A program made the position numbers and the translations under genes. Shown piece by piece: positions 52,390 to 64,000 of a stretch of DNA of 64,000 bases. This stretch comes from Eledone cirrhosa (Eukaryota). The notes beneath the pieces are model-generated. The model saw only the letters and a program-made list of their open reading frames with translations, did not search any database and was not told where the DNA came from. The first letter of the stretch is position 1; each line of letters opens with the position of its first letter. The DNA lies in assembly GCA_964016885.1 (NCBI GenBank), contig OZ024756.1, forward strand, positions 35,092,001 through 35,156,000, written 5' to 3'.

Positions 52390-53090
52390 TCAGAGCAGCA
52401 GAGTTAAGGCTAAAATGATATCAGATGCTGAATTTGCTGATGACATAGTTCTGGAGACAAACACAGTGAAGGAGGCAGAGGAGTTGATGCAGGAGGTGGA
52501 GACTGAGTGTGGTGTTGAGAAAATGAATGAGAGTAAGACGAAGTATCTGGTAGAGAATTTTAAGAAACCAGAGAAGAAGTTGAATGTAGGCGGGAAGCTG
52601 CTAAAGTTGGTTGAGGACTTCCTGTATCTGGGAGCAAAGATTGGGAACACAGAGGATGATGTGGTTGAGAGGAAGAGCCTGGGCAGCATGCCACAGTTTG
52701 AGATCGGTGTGGAAGTTGGACCTTCCTAAAGATCTGAAGATCCATCTCTTCATTGCTATTGTGGAATCTGAGCTGCTGTACAGGTCTGAGACTTGGAGTC
52801 TGACCAAGTGACTCACTCAGATTGTGGATGGGTGCTACACGAGAATGCTGAGGATGGCTTTGAACATTAATTAGTATACACTGAGGATGAAGAGCTCAGA
52901 GCTGTACGGGAGCCTCCCAAAAGTCAGCTCGAAAGTAACACAGAAGAGACTGAGGTTAGCTGGACATGCTAACTGACATTCAGAGTTGACACTGCACTTA
53001 GTGGTCCTATGAGAGCCGCTACACAGACACACGGGAAGAGGGAGACCGAGGTTGACATATATTGATGCCCTAAGGACAGACACTGGTGTC
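52390..53090 (+). mobile_element. Degenerate LINE RT fragment (second family)
   Basis: [59 protein letters not shown], with stops and frameshifts. Confidence 0.8.
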
Positions 53091-53317
53091 TGGATGTATG
53101 TTTTGGTAGTTTGGGGAGAAAAATATAATTATTGTGTGTTCCACCGCCCCTGCCATTGCATTGGTCAACTCAAGGTTATAGTGAATTGACCAATAGTTAA
53201 GAAACTTGCTCAAGGTGTCATGCAGTATGAGTGAACCTGAATCACATGGATGTGAAACAAACCACATAATGACTGAATCCTTTACCTGATTTATTTTTTA
53301 GATCTATTTGAGCTGAA

Positions 53318-60636
<7,319 letters not shown>

Positions 60637-63600
60637 CAATTGAATTATAGCAGGTGTAGGTGTCCATGCACTGCCTGACTGCTGCTGCTGCTTCAACTAT
60701 GACCGCCCCCCCCCCCCCCCCCCCACTACTACTACTACCACCACCACCACCACCACCACTACCTCCACCACCACCGCATACATTAGACACATGATACATG
60801 ATATATCGCTCGCACGCATGCACGCACACACAGCAATTACGATAATAAAAGTTCATGAGAAGCATTTGACTTTTCCTGCCAAAACCTATGACGTAGCTGA
60901 GAGCCTGCTACTGATTATGTCATGTAAACTGGTAATGTGATACGATTGGTCAAAATAAGCATTGGCACAACTTTCTCCATGGATGGGACCTACTGTAATA
61001 TAAGAAAAGCTACATTAAAAATGGAAGATAGATAACTACATGGAAGCATTTTCTACACAACTTCCAAAATTGATTCCATGTCATTCTTGTTGCTCCCAGA
61101 GCCGATGCCTAGGAGCTTATCACCCTAGGTTAGCCCAGCAGCATGCACTCCTCCATTCTCCCAAATAAAATAATATCGGCTTACAGTTCAGTAAGCTGAC
61201 AAACCTAGTTTTTGACACCTCTGCTTTGGACACACTAAGAAAATTTTCCTCTCCGCTGTCTACACTCACCCACAAGTGACAGGTCCACATTATACAACCC
61301 ACTCCACCACTTTGGATATTTTCACAATGCTGTTGAGCAGCAAAAACGTTTAGTGATCTATTTCCTGATCGCAGGGAGTTATTTAAATTACACAAATTTG
61401 TATAAAGCTGTGAATCCTTTAAGGCTCAGAATTGATTCTCTCTGAGGTCTATACTCTAGGCGGCTGCCTAGTGGATCTTAATGTTAGCAGTGGCCCTGGT
61501 TGCTTCTCTATTAAGACAGTTACATAATATCTTTAAATTATGCATACAAACATCTACAGACCATCTTGATGTGACATGTATCATGCAACAACAGTCAAAT
61601 CTCCCTTGAATTACACTCTGTACTGTCTTATACATTGGGTAATGTAGTCTTAGATACATTATGCCTTGAAATGTAAGGGAGTATTTTCTCATGGTTGTAG
61701 CATGATCTCAACATCAGGGTTGATCATAGGATCTCAAAGTCAGGGTTGACCTGGGGTTAAAGTAAAATACATACACACACACACATAGGAGCGCAAAATC
61801 AGGACTAACTTACAGTTAAACATCAACACACACACACATACACCACATACTCCACATCCACACACACTTATACACTACATACTCCACATCCACACACACT
61901 TATACACTACATATAAACACACCACATATATGCACTACACACATACATACACATAGACATGCACACACACCACATATACACACACAACATATATCCTTGC
62001 ACCACATATACATACCTCACACCATAAACACATACACCTCACACACACATACACACATAGTACCTCATCTACACACACAGATGTGGACTGTTGCTTGTAA
62101 AACATGGTACAGACTCTTGTTTTCACTCTCAGTTGTCTCAATGTTCTTACATATCAAAGATGAATATACAATTATGTTTGCTTAACCCTGTCATTCAACA
62201 TTTTTACTAAAATATACATGCATTTTAATTAAACTGAATGAAGAATTTTGATAGATTTACTAAAATTAATAATTATTTCATTACTACGATAGTAACTAGT
62301 GCAGGCACATGACCTAGTGGTTAGTATGTTGGATTCTCGCTCATAAGATCACAAGATCAGTTCCTGGACCAGACAGTGTAATGTGTTTGTGAGAAGATGC
62401 TTCTTTTCACGTTGATTTCTTAACGTTGATTTCTTAACTAAGAAAAGAAAAAAAATCAAATTCATCATCATCATCAATACCATCATTTTACGTCCGTTTT
62501 GCCATATTTCAGACATTTATTAATATTCTAAACATTCGAAATAAAATGTCTTATGAGTTATCAATATCTGTTTTTTAACATGTAAAATTGTTTCTTCTCC
62601 AATAAATTATGAATGGGTGCAGGAATGGCTGTGTGGTTAAGGAGTTTGTTACACAATCACAAGGTTTTGAATTCAATCCCACTGCATGGCACCTTGGCCA
62701 AGTTTCTTTTATTATAGCCTGTCAGCTAATTCTAGTGAGCAAAGATAGGACGGGTTTTCACAGACTGCATCAGTACTCAAGTGGAGCTACTGACCTCTTA
62801 GATGGGCTGGGTGCCTACATCTTGCTTACATACATTTTGTGGCACCAGTATTAGGGAGGACTGAGCCCTGGTGGACCTTTACTTATTGCCAACTCTCACC
62901 TTGCTGGTTGCACCTCTTTTCCTGACTCTCACAAGCCATTTGTTTACACCTAGCTTTCTGAGCACCCACCAGATTACAGAGTGGAAAGACACTGTCAAAG
63001 GCTTTCTCCAGATCTACAAGTGCCACTTAACTTGGCTTACTCTTAATAAAGTACTTCTCTTGCAGTTGCCTCACCAGAAAAAGGGTATTGATAGTACCTC
63101 TAGCTGGCTTAAAGTTAAATTACATTTCATTCAACTTAATTCTGTCCTTAATTAGCTGTGCTATAACCTCTTGAGCACTACCGACAACATGCAGCCTAGT
63201 ACAACCTGTTACATGGGTCGTCGTCGACTAAACCAGCAACCTTACTAAGCTCGTTTGGTGAAGAGGGTGATTTTTGTGGGATGAAAAACAAAACCTGTAA
63301 AAGAGCAGAGAAGCTCATGAGAGCCAATGGCCATCCAATAGTGTGTATATATATGATTAAGTACGTTGTGATAGAGTGGCCTATATGCTTTTTTGATCTG
63401 GAAGGCCATAATGTTCTTGTAGCAGTTTACAATGATACTACTGTGCCAATCATTGTCTATGACAGGCATGTCAAACAGAGGGTTTCTCGAGGGCCACATG
63501 GGTCACAAGTGTCGTCACGAAAAAATATTTTTCTTCGGCAGCGAGGCTACCTATATGTTTGTTGTATATAAACGTATATGTTTTTACATCCTCGCCTCTC

Positions 63601-64000
63601 TCTCTCTATATATATATTATCTATCTACCTATCTATATACACGTAGAAACACGTTAAATTTCCGTTAAATCAATACGAAAACAAATTAAAAGGAAAGAAT
63701 TCTTATATTTTTTTCTGCTGCAAGGACGATGAGTTACGTACCTTGAAGCTAAGTCATATTTAAAGATACAACCTTCAACGTTTGCATATTTTAAAAAAAT
63801 CGAAAAAAATGAAATAGCAAAAGTAAGGAAAAAGGAAGAGTGACAACAGACTCTACACTCCGATCAGTATATTTCGGCTGCGCTCTACGGACAAAATAGC
63901 GGAGACCTGCCAGTGACACTCGCTGCATAAACCACTCTGATGTACAGGAGGTCTTGATGTTGACCGGCACGAAAAGGAAGAGGTCGATAAAGTCCCGGTA

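Noticed and set aside
50846-52729. Long ORFs of 267-577 aa (YI/CV-rich)
   Set aside because: Translations of the (TA/TG)n microsatellite; the tail of one runs into a dead LINE fragment.
61420-61480. Small hairpins downstream of TRAF (CTAGGCGGCTGCCTAG)
   Set aside because: Short, beyond the first AATAAA (60845), and not a recognisable family.

Overview
This is AT-rich, intron- and repeat-rich animal DNA; the SINE, RTE-LINE and (TA)n content suggests an octopus or other coleoid cephalopod (inference). Five spliced genes can be rebuilt with canonical GT-AG junctions and consistent phases: DNAJB9 (-), ATP23 (-), MRPL17 (+, head-to-head with ATP23), GPS2 (-) and a TRAF3-like gene (+). Introns and intergenic DNA carry RTE and CRE-like LINE fragments, tRNA-derived SINEs, TTAA- and TA-flanked MITEs, minisatellites and microsatellites. 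The most striking structure lies in the large GPS2 intron: a Helitron-like element (A|TC...hairpin-CTAG|T, 32610-36331) holding a 310-bp tandem repeat in which every unit encodes a complete type I hammerhead ribozyme motif. The array folds back on itself as a palindrome (1127-bp arms, 44-bp spacer), giving 4 ribozymes per strand, and is bracketed by two opposing Helitron-type 5' ends. At least seven more dispersed hammerhead-like motifs occur in the window. GPS2 also shows repeated local duplication of its exon 3' ends: an AG|GT recursive-splice-like array, twin donors, and echoes of the stop-codon region. All coordinates were read by eye; no alignments or folding were run.
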